Positions 32,868 to 56,797 of a stretch of DNA of 64,000 bases are shown here, in pieces. A program made the position numbers and the translations under genes. Position 1 is the first letter of the stretch. Each line of letters starts with the position of its first letter. Source of the DNA: the human T2T-CHM13v2.0 reference genome, Homo sapiens. The stretch is from NCBI RefSeq assembly GCF_009914755.1, contig NC_060925.1; one strand, given 5' to 3'. Below the pieces are notes generated by a model. It saw only the letters and a list, made by a program, of their open reading frames with translations, made no database searches and had not been told where the DNA came from.

Positions 32868-33148
32868 ATTCTTCCCCTGGTGGCCATGGGACCCAGGTCA
32901 ATGTCACCTGCATCGTGAACGTCTGTAGCAGCTCTGACCACAGCTCACAGTGCTCCTCCCAAGCCAGCTCCACAATGGGAGACACAGATTCCAGCCCCTC
33001 GGAGTCCCCGAAGGACGAGCAGGTCCCCTTCTCCAAGGAGGAATGTGCCTTTCGGTCACAGCTGGAGACGCCAGAGACCCTGCTGGGGAGCACCGAAGAG
33101 AAGCCCCTGCCCCTTGGAGTGCCTGATGCTGGGATGAAGCCCAGTTAA
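32868..33148 (+). CDS. TNFRSF1B: TNFRSF1B exon 10 coding part: (D)[18 protein letters not shown]...PFSKEEC (TRAF2-binding SKEE)...GMKPS*
   Basis: Acceptor cttagcag|ATT; stop TAA at 33146-33148; matches ORF 32798..33148. Confidence 0.98.
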
Positions 33149-33721
33149 CCAGGCCGGTGTGGGCTGTGTCGTAGCCAAGGTGGGCTGAGCCCTGGCAGGA
33201 TGACCCTGCGAAGGGGCCCTGGTCCTTCCAGGCCCCCACCACTAGGACTCTGAGGCTCTTTCTGGGCCAAGTTCCTCTAGTGCCCTCCACAGCCGCAGCC
33301 TCCCTCTGACCTGCAGGCCAAGAGCAGAGGCAGCGAGTTGTGGAAAGCCTCTGCTGCCATGGTGTGTCCCTCTCGGAAGGCTGGCTGGGCATGGACGTTC
33401 GGGGCATGCTGGGGCAAGTCCCTGACTCTCTGTGACCTGCCCCGCCCAGCTGCACCTGCCAGCCTGGCTTCTGGAGCCCTTGGGTTTTTTGTTTGTTTGT
33501 TTGTTTGTTTGTTTGTTTCTCCCCCTGGGCTCTGACCCAGCTCTGGCTTCCAGAAAACCCCAGCATCCTTTTCTGCAGAGGGGCTTTCTGGAGAGGAGGG
33601 ATGCTGCCTGAGTCACCCATGAAGACAGGACAGTGCTTCAGCCTGAGGCTGAGACTGCGGGATGGTCCTGGGGCTCTGTGCAGGGAGGAGGTGGCAGCCC
33701 TGTAGGGAACGGGGTCCTTCA

Positions 33722-34139
<418 letters not shown>

Positions 34140-34943
34140 TCAGTGCTGTGGCCTGGGCAAGATAACGCACTTCTAACTAGAAATCTGCCAATTTTTTAAA
34201 AAAGTAAGTACCACTCAGGCCAACAAGCCAACGACAAAGCCAAACTCTGCCAGCCACATCCAACCCCCCACCTGCCATTTGCACCCTCCGCCTTCACTCC
34301 GGTGTGCCTGCAGCCCCGCGCCTCCTTCCTTGCTGTCCTAGGCCACACCATCTCCTTTCAGGGAATTTCAGGAACTAGAGATGACTGAGTCCTCGTAGCC
34401 ATCTCTCTACTCCTACCTCAGCCTAGACCCTCCTCCTCCCCCAGAGGGGTGGGTTCCTCTTCCCCACTCCCCACCTTCAATTCCTGGGCCCCAAACGGGC
34501 TGCCCTGCCACTTTGGTACATGGCCAGTGTGATCCCAAGTGCCAGTCTTGTGTCTGCGTCTGTGTTGCGTGTCGTGGGTGTGTGTAGCCAAGGTCGGTAA
34601 GTTGAATGGCCTGCCTTGAAGCCACTGAAGCTGGGATTCCTCCCCGTTAGAGTCAGCCTTCCCCCTCCCAGGGCCAGGGCCCTGCAGAGGGGAAACCAGT
34701 GTAGCCTTGCCCGGATTCTGGGAGGAAGCAGGTTGAGGGGCTCCTGGAAAGGCTCAGTCTCAGGAGCATGGGGATAAAGGAGAAGGCATGAAATTATCTA
34801 GCAGAGCAGGGGCAGGGTGATAAATTGTTGATAAATTCCACTGGACTTGAGCTTGGCAGCTGAACTATTGGAGGGTGGGAGAGCCCAGCCATTACCATGG
34901 AGACAAGAAGGGTTTTCCACCCTGGAATCAAGATGTCAGACTG

Positions 34944-35092
34944 GCTGGCTGCAGTGACGTGCACCTGTACTCAGGAGGCTGAGGGGAGGATCACTGGAGC
35001 CCAGGAGTTTGAGGCTGCAGCGAGCTATGATCGCGCCACTACACTCCAGCCTGAGCAACAGAGTGAGACCCTGTCTCTTAAAGAAAAAAAAA
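34944..35092 (+). mobile_element. Alu right monomer (FRAM/AluJ-like) in the 3' UTR
   Basis: gaggatcactggagcccaggagtttgaggctgcagcgagc. Confidence 0.85.
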
Positions 35093-35333
35093 GTCAGACT
35101 GCTGGGACTGGCCAGGTTTCTGCCCACATTGGACCCACATGAGGACATGATGGAGCGCACCTGCCCCCTGGTGGACAGTCCTGGGAGAACCTCAGGCTTC
35201 CTTGGCATCACAGGGCAGAGCCGGGAAGCGATGAATTTGGAGACTCTGTGGGGCCTTGGTTCCCTTGTGTGTGTGTGTTGATCCCAAGACAATGAAAGTT
35301 TGCACTGTATGCTGGACGGCATTCCTGCTTATC

Positions 35334-35339
35334 AATAAA
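35334..35339 (+). terminator. TNFRSF1B: TNFRSF1B polyadenylation signal AATAAA
   Basis: atcAATAAAcctgtttgttttaca. Confidence 0.9.
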
Positions 35340-35932
35340 CCTGTTTGTTTTACACGTCGACCCCTGGCTCTGCCTGGGGTCTGGGCTTGGGTTTGTCCAT
35401 GCTCCTGCTTGTCTGCCACCCCTGTGTAAGGGGAGATGGCGTCACGGTCCCTGGAGTCTGGCTGGCCCCTGTTGTGACTGGACCACAGAGGGACCCCTGT
35501 TACAGCCGCCCCCTCAAGCCTGTGAACCATAAGAGAACTTCCTGCTCGGGACCACACAGCTGGCTGGGTTCCAAGTGTGCCCTGGTCTCATGCCTTCATC
35601 CTCCAGGTCTCCTGGGCCTGCTCTCAGGACCGGGATGGGGTCTCTGCAGATCCCTAGCAGCCTAGGCAGCCAGGCTCTGCCCTCCTGGGGACCCCACTCG
35701 GGGAGAGTGGTTGCCCCTGGGATACTCAGACCAGTACAGGGTTTTGGGGGCCCAGAGGACATCCCTGGGCCCAGGTAGGAGGTTAGAACAGGGTTCTGGA
35801 GATGACCTCTGACCTCCTCCTGAGGGATGAGCAGCAGTTTTCCAGAACAAAGGATTGCAGGGAACTGTCAGGCAAAAGGAGTTCTGAGTTTAAAGGCCTT
35901 AGCCTGGCCAGCATGGTGAAACCCCATCTCTA

Positions 35933-36127
<195 letters not shown>

Positions 36128-37444
36128 TTAGAAGAAAGCCTTGGAGGGGAGAGAGACCTTGGCCTGTGTATTGGTTCCACTGACCCCCTGGGTCACCATC
36201 GTCACTCCAGCTCCTGTGACTCCCTCAGTGGGACCATTTTCATTCTTGGTGATTATAGGATCTGTGATTGATGGAACGCCCCGCCTCCTGGCTTCTCGCC
36301 CTCCTCTCCTCCATGGTCCTGTCCTCCAGCCTGTCTCAGTCACTCAACCCTTGACCAAGGCTCCCCACACTTATTCCATAAAGAGCCAGGGAGCAAATTT
36401 ATTTTAATTTTTTGAGACAAGGTCTCACTCTGTTACCCAAGCTGAAATGTGATCGTGGCTCACTGCAGCCCTGACCTCCAGTCGCAGCCTCTTGAGCAGC
36501 TAGGACTACAGGCATGGACCACTATGCCGAGCTAAATTTTAAATTTTTTTATTTTTATTTTTTGGGTTTCCCTGTGTTGCCCAGGCTGGTCTCGAACTCC
36601 TGGGCTCAAGTGATCCACCGGCCTGGGCCTCCTGAACTGCTGGGATTACAGGTGTGAGCCATTGCGCCTGACCAGAATCAATATTTTACACTTGGCAGGC
36701 CTTACAGTTTCTGCAACAACCACTCACCTGTGCTGTTGAAGTGTGAAAACAGCTGTGCACAGGACATGAAAGAATGGGCAGGAGGCGGATGTGGCCTTCG
36801 GGGTGTGCCCATGCCAGTGCCTTAGAGCCTGGCATTACTGATAACTGCACGCTAATCTCAATTTCAAGCATCCCACTTCCCCCCACCCCTACTTCCTCCT
36901 GTCTTTCTCCCTCAGTGGCACCTGCAGCTGTTGGTTACGTTTTCTCCCTTGTACGCACCCACGGCACTTTCTCCTGGTTTGTTGTTCTCTCTCTGGTTGA
37001 ACCCAGCTCTCTGCCTGTGCCACACCTGCACGTCTGCACCTGGCTGGGGCAGGATGATGGCCTTCCACCATGCTGGCTGGTCGCGTTTTCATTTCATGAT
37101 CATTAGACTTGGCTGGGCACAGTGGCTTATGCCTGTAATCCCAGCACTTTGGGAGGCTGAGGTGGGCAGACTGCTTGAGCTCAGGAGTTCAAGACCAGCC
37201 TGGGGCAACATGGTGAAACCTCATCTCCACAGAAAAATACAGAAACTAGCTGGGTGCAGTGGCACGTACCTGGAATCCCAGCTACCCATGAGGTTGAAGT
37301 GGGAGGATTGCTTGAGCCCAGGAGGCGGAGGTTGTTGTGAGCTGAGATCTTGCCACTGCACTCCAGCCTGGGGGATGGAAAAAAAGAATAAATTCTATGG
37401 GGGTCCTTGGTGCTGCCCAGCAGTGACAACAGGTCCCCTCCCCG

Positions 37445-38090
<646 letters not shown>

Positions 38091-38288
38091 TAATTTTTGT
38101 ATTTTTGGTAGAGAAGGGGTTTCGCCATGTTGGCCAGGCTGGTCTTAAACTCCTGACAGGTGATGCACCCACCTCAGCCTCCCAGAGTGTTGGGATTACA
38201 GGTGTGAGCCACTGCGCCTGGCCTATTTTATCTTTTAAATAAAAGGATTAATTGAGGTTTTTGTTTGAGACTGAGTACCACTCTGTGA

Positions 38289-38618
<330 letters not shown>

Positions 38619-38778
38619 TGAGGACAGCGCCTCCCCTGCACGGGATCTTAGCATCTCTCCTGGCTCAAGGACATTGCTTCAGTGAGTCTCCTGTCTCTTT
38701 CCTTCAGCATCAATTTCTCTGGCTCCTGGATCTTTCCTGTTTGCATATAGACACCCTGAGGTTCCTCCCATTTGTGAA

Positions 38779-40420
<1,642 letters not shown>

Positions 40421-41603
40421 ACAACAGAAACCTTGCTCACAATTCTTCCAGGCGCTGTCAGATTTCTCAGCTACTCTTACAGCAAAAACACCTGGAGAAC
40501 AGCATATTCAGGTCTCCAATTTGTCTTCTCCCATTTTCTCATGTGCCCACCACTTGTGCCCCCTACTCTACTCAACCTGTCTTTTGACCAGGTCTCTATG
40601 AAACTCCATACGGCTAAATTCAATGATCAGCTTCAGTCCCCATCTCACTTCTCCTACAGGCAGGCGGTATTTGACCTGAGTGATCAATCTCCACTCCTTG
40701 GAAGTCTTTCCTTGCCTGGCTGTCAGGAGTCCACACCCCATGACTCTCCTGCCATCTCAGGGACCCCTTCTGCCTTCCTGCCTGGTTCCTCCTCATCTCA
40801 TCAACGTCTGACTGATGAGGGGTCCCAGGGCTCAGTCCTTGCACCTCTTCTCCCTCTCCAACTCCCTCGTTGTGGATCCCATCCAGCTTTAAATACCTGA
40901 AATACATCCTGATACCTCCTGACGCTTGAAGGAACAAGTATGTATTGTGCTCTAGTTGCGGGGATTCAGTGGCTGCTAAAATGAAGCTTACGTAACGGGT
41001 AGGAAGAAAAGAAACATAATATTAGACAGGGATGAAGAAAATGAAGCTGGACACAGGGGACCAAGGGATGGAAGTGCCCTTTTGGATCAGGGAGGGGACC
41101 GGGAGAGGTAACCTGGGAGCAGAGGCCTGAGGGAGCCAGGGATCAGCCAAGCCTGCCCTTGGCCTGGGACAGTGGCAGGAAATGAGGCTGAGGAGTGGCC
41201 AGGTCCAAAGGATGGCCACTGTCCTGCTAAGGCAGACAACGGGACAAAGGACTCGCTGAAGAGGTTTCACCGGTGGGGGGATATGGCCAGATTTGTCTTT
41301 TGGAATGATGTCACCAGGTGCTGGGGAGAGAGGAGGTTGGAAAGTGCAGTTGTGGGGACTGCTTACCAGGAGGCAGGGGGCTCCTTCTGAAGCTCCCTTG
41401 CCTTGGCTATACTCGGGGGATGGCTGGAGAGAGATGGATTAGAAGCGGAGAGACCGGCAATGTGCTGGTTAGTCTCCATCCACCCCTCCGGTTCCCCTCT
41501 CTGCCCTGCTTTGTGCCCTGGGAGACTGCCTCCTGCACACACATTCCTGGACCCCTTTCCCTGAGGCTCCCAGCAGGGTTTGGCCATGGGAGAGCACTAG
41601 CAG

Positions 41604-42235
41604 TGATACAGAATGGCCAGGCTCCTGGCTAAGCCCCACCCTTAAGCCTGGAACTGCTGCCCTAAGTGAAGACAGCTGACCCTATTTTTCTGCCCAAATG
41701 CTGCCTTTTTGGCCTGCCATGCCACTATTCTGTGCCCATAAAAAGACTTCAGCTGGCAGAGTGACACAAACGGCTGACTGGAGGAGATAACAAGCATCTG
41801 AGCAGAGAAGCAACTGAGCGTCAGAGACTACGGATAGACGTGATTAACTTCAGATGGCGTGGCTTCAGGGAAAGATCACCTTCCTGCATCATCCCCTTTT
41901 CAGCTCCCCTTCTGCTGAGAGCCCCTTTCACTGCTCAATAAAGTCTTCTGCATTCATCATCTTTCAATCCATCTGTGTGACCTGATTCTTCCTGGATGCC
42001 AGACAAGAATCTGCATGCTGAGAAGGCAGGGACTTGGATGCTGCTGTGGGGCCTGTACAGAGCCTGCTCCTACCAGAAAGGAGCGACTGGCCAGTTCCGG
42101 CATTCATTCCCTCTGGTCCTCGCACTCACTTGCTTACATGCTTTCTTTCACGAGGAGTGGCCAGCGGCAGGCTGAATGAAATGAGCCACTCCAATTCCTG
42201 CCTATGAAGGGGGCTAAGGGAACGATCCCAACTCA
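41604..42235 (+). mobile_element. Solo ERV1 LTR (LTR27-like) inserted into an older LTR33-like fragment
   Basis: TGATACAGAA...CCCCACCCTTAAGCCTGGAAC start; CATAAAAA TATA-like box; AATAAA at ~41937; TCA end; the flanks join into an LTR33-like sequence. Confidence 0.65.
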
Positions 42236-43038
42236 TCAGGAGACTGGAGGATGGGAAGAAAGTGAGGCCAGGTGTGTATTCCCTACTCCCCTTCCCCTTC
42301 TGGTAGATTCTCCCTGCCACGACCACTGTGGCCCCATAGCTTCCCGCTAGTGCCTCTCCTTGTGGGTTCTTCTAATGCTTGCCTCTCCTTGGCAAAAGCG
42401 TTTTCCTTCAACTTGCCTGTGCCCTGTGTTTCCTGCACAGAGGCCATTGCAGCCCCAGCAGCTCTGGTGTTCACTCATGGTGTCATTGCTGTGGATGTTC
42501 ACGTTTACTGAACATCCACTCTGCAGAGGCTGGGGCTGCACTGAGCTTGAGTCCCCATCTATATATACAATGGGGATAGTAACAGCACCAACCTGGTTGG
42601 GATGTCAATGTATGAAACATGAGCTGAGCCAGTGTGTGGATCATGGAAACTGGAATAAACCCCCTTTGAGAGCAGGGAATTGACTTGGTGCTGGGGGAGG
42701 AGGGCAGCTTTGGCTCCTTCCTCTCATAGGCATTGGACATCGGCTGGTGCTGAGCCCGAGGGACCAGATCCAGCGCTGCTGTTTCCCAGAGCTCACCACC
42801 TATCTGGAGACAGAGGAGGCACCAGATGATTCTGTTTGAGGGGGTCCATTTGGAGCAACCAGGGGCAGCCACCTGCCTGATACAGCAACCAGTCAGCATG
42901 GGCCAGGCTTGCAGCTTCTCTTGCCCATTTCTTTAATCAGGACAGAACATGTGGTTTGGCGGAGCTAGGACCAGCCTGGGTAGAGAAGGAATGTCTTTTT
43001 GAGTTCTCTTTATTGTTCTCATTCATTCATTATCATTA

Positions 43039-43206
<168 letters not shown>

Positions 43207-43215
43207 TCACTGTAG

Positions 43216-43482
<267 letters not shown>

Positions 43483-45158
43483 TGATCCGCCCACCTCGGC
43501 CTCCCAAAGTGCTGGGATTACAGGCATGAGCCACCACGCCCAGCCCCGAGACACTGTCTTAAAGAAGAAAAGTTGTAGGTCCTGGAAGCCTACCTGCCCA
43601 GGTGTGAATCCTGGATGCAACACTTCCTGTTGCTGTGACCTCAATCAAGTGAATGAATATCTCTGATGTCTCTGTGCCTTACTCGCCTTATCTGTAAGAT
43701 GGGATTAAAATCGTACCTCCCTCAGATTGTGGGATTACATGAGTTACTGTCTGAAATGCTTAGAACTGTGCCTGGCACATTGTCAGGGCTCCATACATGT
43801 TAATTGCTTTTTTTTTTTTAATGTATAGGTGCTGAGAATGCTGCAGATAACAGCACAGGCAAGGTCCCTGTCCACCTGGAGCTGACACACTAGCAGGGAC
43901 TATGTAAAGACAGACATGTAGGCTATGCCTGTAGTGGTAAGTGCTAAGAAAAATAAAGCAAAGTGAAGGGACAGATAGGGTTGCTGCCAGTTTGCAAGGT
44001 GGGTTGAGGAAGGCTTCTCTGAGGTGCTGGAGTTTAAGCAGACACCTTGGTGAGGGGAGGACAGGACAGCCATGGGACTATGGGGGGTGGGATGGGATAT
44101 GGGGTTGGGAGAGTGGTGTGAAGCCATGGAAAGGACTTTGGCTTTTTTTTTTTTTTTTTTTTTAGACAGAGTCTTGCTCTGTCTCCTAGGCTGGAGTACA
44201 GTGGTGTGATCTTGGCTCACTGCAACCCGGGTTCAAGTGATTCTCCTGCCTCAGGCTCCCAGGCAGCTGGGATTACAGTTGTCTGCCATCATACCTGGCT
44301 AATTTTTGTATTTTTAATAGAGACAGGGTTTTGCCATGTTGGCCAGGCCAGTCTTGAACTCCTGACTTCAGGTGATCCGCCTGCCTCAGCCTCCCAAAGT
44401 GCTGGGATTACAGGTGGGAGCCACCATGCTGGGCCGTTAGGTTTTATCTTCAGTGTCATGGGAGGGGCCTGAGCTGGGGAGTGTGGGAAGTTCCATAGCA
44501 TTGTCTGAGCTAATGCTGAGAAAGCAGACTGGGTATGGTGGCTCACACCTGTAATCCCAGCACTTTGGGAGGCCCAAGGTGGGAGGATGGCTTGAGGCCA
44601 GGAGCTTAATACCATCCTGGGCAACATAGGGAGACCTCGTCTCTACCAAAAAATTAGCTAGATTGCTTGAGCTGTGATGGTGCCACTGCACTCCAGCCTG
44701 GGTGACAGAGCGAGACCCTGTCCCCAAAAAACCCCAAAATACCACAGTTGAGAAAGTGAGGTTGCATCATTTCAACTCGGTAACTGTCCTGCGAGATAGG
44801 CAAGGTACTCATTATCCCTGCTTTGCAGAGGAGGACATAGGGCTGGCAGGGCTGGGTTTGACACTTATCTTAGGATTGTGTTGGACAGGCTGTTTACTGT
44901 GGGAAGTTCCTGATAAGCAGCTCCTTAGAATTTCACAAGAAAGTCAAGGAAACCTGGATTTAAAGGGGTAGACATCTTTCTGGGGAAACTAGCAGCACCC
45001 TGAAAGCTGGGAGGTTGGGCTGAGCAGCTGCTTTGGGTGAATCTAAAGGCTGGGAATCCTAAGAGTGACTGTGCCTTGGTTCCACCACTATTTTGCCATG
45101 TGAACTTTGAGCAGCCTCTGTCCCCCTCTGGAGCTCAGAATCACCATCTGTGAGATGA

Positions 45159-45425
<267 letters not shown>

Positions 45426-45589
45426 TGATCTCCATCTCCTGACCTCGTGATCCATCCACCTCAGTCTCCCAAAGTGCTGGGATTACAGGTATGAGCCACC
45501 GCGCCCGGCCACCTTTTCTCTTTTTTTCCCCATGGGGTGATGGTACCATCTATCCCTGGGCTGCTTGCACTTTCACAAGAGATTCTGGA

Positions 45590-45910
45590 CCTGTGCTTCC
45601 AAATAGAGTAGCTACCAGGAACAGATGCTTCTGAGTACTTGAAACATGGCTAGTTCAGGTTGAGATGTGTAACATACATCTCAATACGAAATACCAAATA
45701 TAGAAGACTTACTATGAAAAACTATATACAATATGTTCTTGGTATTTTTACATTGATTTACATGTTGAAATGGTCTTATTTTGGATATACTAGGTTAAAT
45801 ACAATATTAACTTCATTTTACCTGTTTCTTTTCACTCTGTGATTTGGCTACTAGACAATTTGAAATTTATGCATATGGCTTGCATTCTATTTCTATTGGA
45901 CAGCACTGCC
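45590..45910. mobile_element. MER33/MER3-type hAT-Charlie element
   Basis: gagtacttgaaacatggctagt...tttacatgttgaaatg...atttctattggacagcactg; a related copy lies at ~55320-55610. Confidence 0.65.
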
Positions 45911-46296
45911 TTACAAAGTTAAAAGCCTTCAAGACCTAATTAAATTAATTCATAATTAAAATTGCAACTTCCTCACATCTGGGATCTTCCTACCCCCCAC
46001 AGGGCTCTTATGGTACTTATCACCTTCTCAAATACTATATAATTTACATATCTGTTATATTTATTTCTTATTGTCTACACCTCCTGCTAGAATATAAACT
46101 CTAGGATGGCAAAGCTTTATTTTGCTTAGTCATAGGCTTAGAACAGTCCCAGGCAGCCAGGCTCGGTGGCCAGTGGCTCACTCCTATAATTCCAGCACTT
46201 TGGGAGGCTGAGATGGGTGGATTGTTGGAGCCCAGGGGTTCGAGACCAGCCTACTGAACATAGTGAGAGCCCCCCACCCATCTCTACAAAAAATCA

Positions 46297-46785
<489 letters not shown>

Positions 46786-46833
46786 TCAGTTGACAGTGAA
46801 TGATTGGATGAATGTAGGCAAAGAAGCATTCAG

Positions 46834-47243
46834 TTTTTTGTTTTGTTTTGTTTTGTTTTTTGGGCGGACAGGAAGTAGGATATTTATGGGTGGGCATAAT
46901 TTATTGGGGGCAGCACAGTGAAAGCCCTCATGAGTACAAGGCTTGCCACTTCTCCAGGGGGCCATGACTAGGGATGGATTTGACCCCACAGCCATCTGGG
47001 CTGAGCTGTTTCTCAGCCACCACATATTCAAATTCATCTGCATTGAACTTGGTAAAGCCCCACTTCTTTGAGATGTGGACCTTCTGGTGGCCAGGGAACT
47101 TAAACGTGACCCTATGTAGGGCCCCAATCACATGCTCCTTGTTCTGCAGCTTGGTGTGGATGAACATGATGACTTGGCCAATGTGAACCCTGGCCACGGT
47201 GCCCTGGGGCTTTCCAAAGGCAACTTGCATGCCTGTCTGAAGC
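46834..47243 (-). pseudogene. RPL10 retrocopy covering the last two exons (spliced together), the 3' UTR and an A-rich tail
   Basis: ORF 46928..47230 ([19 protein letters not shown]...[17 protein letters not shown]...[11 protein letters not shown]) is a diverged uL16/RPL10 C-terminus. RPL10-like 3' UTR, then an (AAAAC)n tail at 46834-46861. Confidence 0.93.
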
Positions 47244-47283
47244 CTACACTGGGGACAATGCCAAGGTCAAAGACATTGGAAAG

Positions 47284-47370
47284 GGCTGTCTCCATAGTCC
47301 CTTAGAGAAAAACTCAGGCTGTCTACACAACAAAGGAAGCTGTTTGCAGCCATTACACATGGGGCCCTCA
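47284..47370 (-). pseudogene. 5'-truncated SNORA70 (U70 H/ACA snoRNA) retrocopy
   Basis: Minus strand GGGCCCCATGTGTAATGGCTGCAAACAGCTTCCTTTGTTGTGTAGACAGCCTG...CTCTAAGGGACTATGGAGACAGCC matches the recalled 3' portion of U70. ACA box 3 nt from the end (47287-47289). Confidence 0.85.
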
Positions 47371-47782
47371 GCAGTTTCCAGAGTGGCCAAATCTTCAATT
47401 TTTCTAGAGATGTCCTAAATACAGATTTTCATGTGTAATCTCCAGATTTTTCTGTTTTCAGTAATTCAAATGAGCTTAAAGCATTGTGTGTGCCAACAGA
47501 AACATTTCTGCAGGAGTTTTGGCTACCTGTCTGCATCCCCTGTGGTCCAGATGATTCCAGAAACTGATATAGGAGGACAGGTGGGGAGGAACCTGATGTG
47601 GGGAGAGTGTGGAGCTGGGCTCTGCAAATCTGCCTGTCCCAGAAAACTTACTCCTTCTGGGCCAACATGCATCTAAGTGGGTGGTAATTAAGGAATGACC
47701 CCCATCTCCTGCAGCCCTTCCTCTGGTATGTCTACAACTAAAAAAAAGCAAGGTGATTTTTTTTTTTTTTTTAAAGAGGGTC

Positions 47783-55226
<7,444 letters not shown>

Positions 55227-56165
55227 TCATAATGGAACCGTAGATAGGCACAAGTCCTCTCTGAGTGGAATATTTGAAGCCAGAGGGAGTCAGCTATACG
55301 AATATCCAGAGCTATTCTGTAGCTCTGGATTGGCCACAAGAGGGTATTGAGCACTGGAATTCTGGCTAGTTTGTACTGAGATGCGCAGTAAATGTAAAAT
55401 ATACCCGAATTTCAAAAACTTACTATAAAAAAGTTAACATATTGTATTAGTAATTTTTTCTTTTGGCGACATGTTGAGATGATCATATTTTGAACATATT
55501 GGATTAAATATATTAAAATGAAGTTCATTTTCTTCTTTTTCGTTTAAAAAAAATGTACTAGCTAGTAAATGTGGATTGCCTATGTGGCTGGCATTGTGTT
55601 TCTATTGGTCTGAGGAGAAGGGTCCTAGGTAGAGACAACGGCAAAGGTACAGTTCCTGGGGCAGAAACTGAAGGATGCTGAGGCAGAGTCGGCCGGGGAA
55701 AAAGTGGCTGAAATGGGAAGGGACCAGATCCAGTGGGACCTTGGTGGCAGCTCTGTAAGGAGGTGGGTTTTAACTGAAGTACGGTGGGGACGCCGTTTTA
55801 AGCAGGGAAGGGCAGGGTCTGAATTAACAGGCCCCTGTGGCTGCGAAGTGGGGAACGGACTGTGGGTGAGTGGGCCAGACGGACGGCCAATCGCACCTTT
55901 CGCTTGGATGGAAGGCAGGGTGGTTGTAGGTGGGAAGAATCCTGGGTTCCCATGCTGTCTGAACCAGAGTCATTTGTGGCCCTGCCCTCCCCTGGGACTC
56001 AATTTCCCCACCTATAAAATAAGCCCCAGTGTCCGCGAACCCTGGAGGGGCCCGCACCACTGCAGGAGCGGCCGCCGGCGCCAGGGGGCGCCTCCTCGAT
56101 AACTCGGCGCTCGGCTGGCCAGGCACCGGCGCGTCGGCCGCTCGATTGGTCGGGTCGGGGCCGGC

Positions 56166-56256
56166 CTGAGCGCCGCGGGCCTGCGCCATTGAGGAGCGGC
56201 GGGGAGGAAACGCCGCGCAGCGCCGGGCTGGGGCGGGCGGCCCGGGACACCGACAG
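56166..56256 (+). other. VPS13D: VPS13D non-coding exon 1 (TSS approximate)
   Basis: Lies in the CpG island and ends at the donor CGACAG|gtaggg; the start is from the recalled mRNA 5' end. Confidence 0.8.
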
Positions 56257-56797
56257 GTAGGGGCCGAGCGGCTCCGTGCCGGGCGGGGCCAGGGTCGGGA
56301 ACTGCAGGGCCGGCGCGGACCCGCGGGCCGCCGCTAGGGCTCCGCCTGGACATGGGGGCCCGGGCCCACCCTGGGGAGAGCGATGCTAGGAGCCTGGGGG
56401 CCCCGTCGTCCGGCCTCGGTCTGAGCCCCTCGGGGTAACCCTGGGCGTCTGCTCCCCCCGGGCCCCAAGCCCGCCACCTCCGGGGACCCCTGCGTCCGAG
56501 TCCCCGCGAGCTCCCCAAGCACAGGCTCGGGGCTGGCTGAACCTCTGGGAACCCCGACGTCCGTGTCCTGGGGAGCCCGAGCCCCCGCTGGACCCCGGCA
56601 CACTTTCCGGGGTCCCAGCAGCCTGGCGCCCTGGAATTGGGGGGTGTCAGTCCGCGCCTGTCCGCCTGAGCCTTGGTCTCAATGCAGGACCCCAGTGTGC
56701 GAGCCCCCCACATTACGCCGAAGAGTGGGGTGTCAGTTCTCTAGAATGCCTTAGCCACCTCCCTTAATCAGCCACCCGAGGTCACACTCTCGCGTGG

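Noticed and set aside
34168-34190. Roquin/Regnase-type stem-loop TTCT-AACT-AGAA in the 3' UTR
   Set aside because: The stem is short and the loop does not fit the pyrimidine-purine-pyrimidine triloop CDE consensus
46928-47230. Functional RPL10 paralogue
   Set aside because: Only the C-terminal ~100 aa, many substitutions, a poly(A) remnant and no promoter: a retrocopy
56012-56022. TATAAAA as the VPS13D TATA box
   Set aside because: It sits in a MIR-core-like context (ctcaatttccccacctataaaat) ~150 nt from the inferred TSS, and the promoter is CpG-island type
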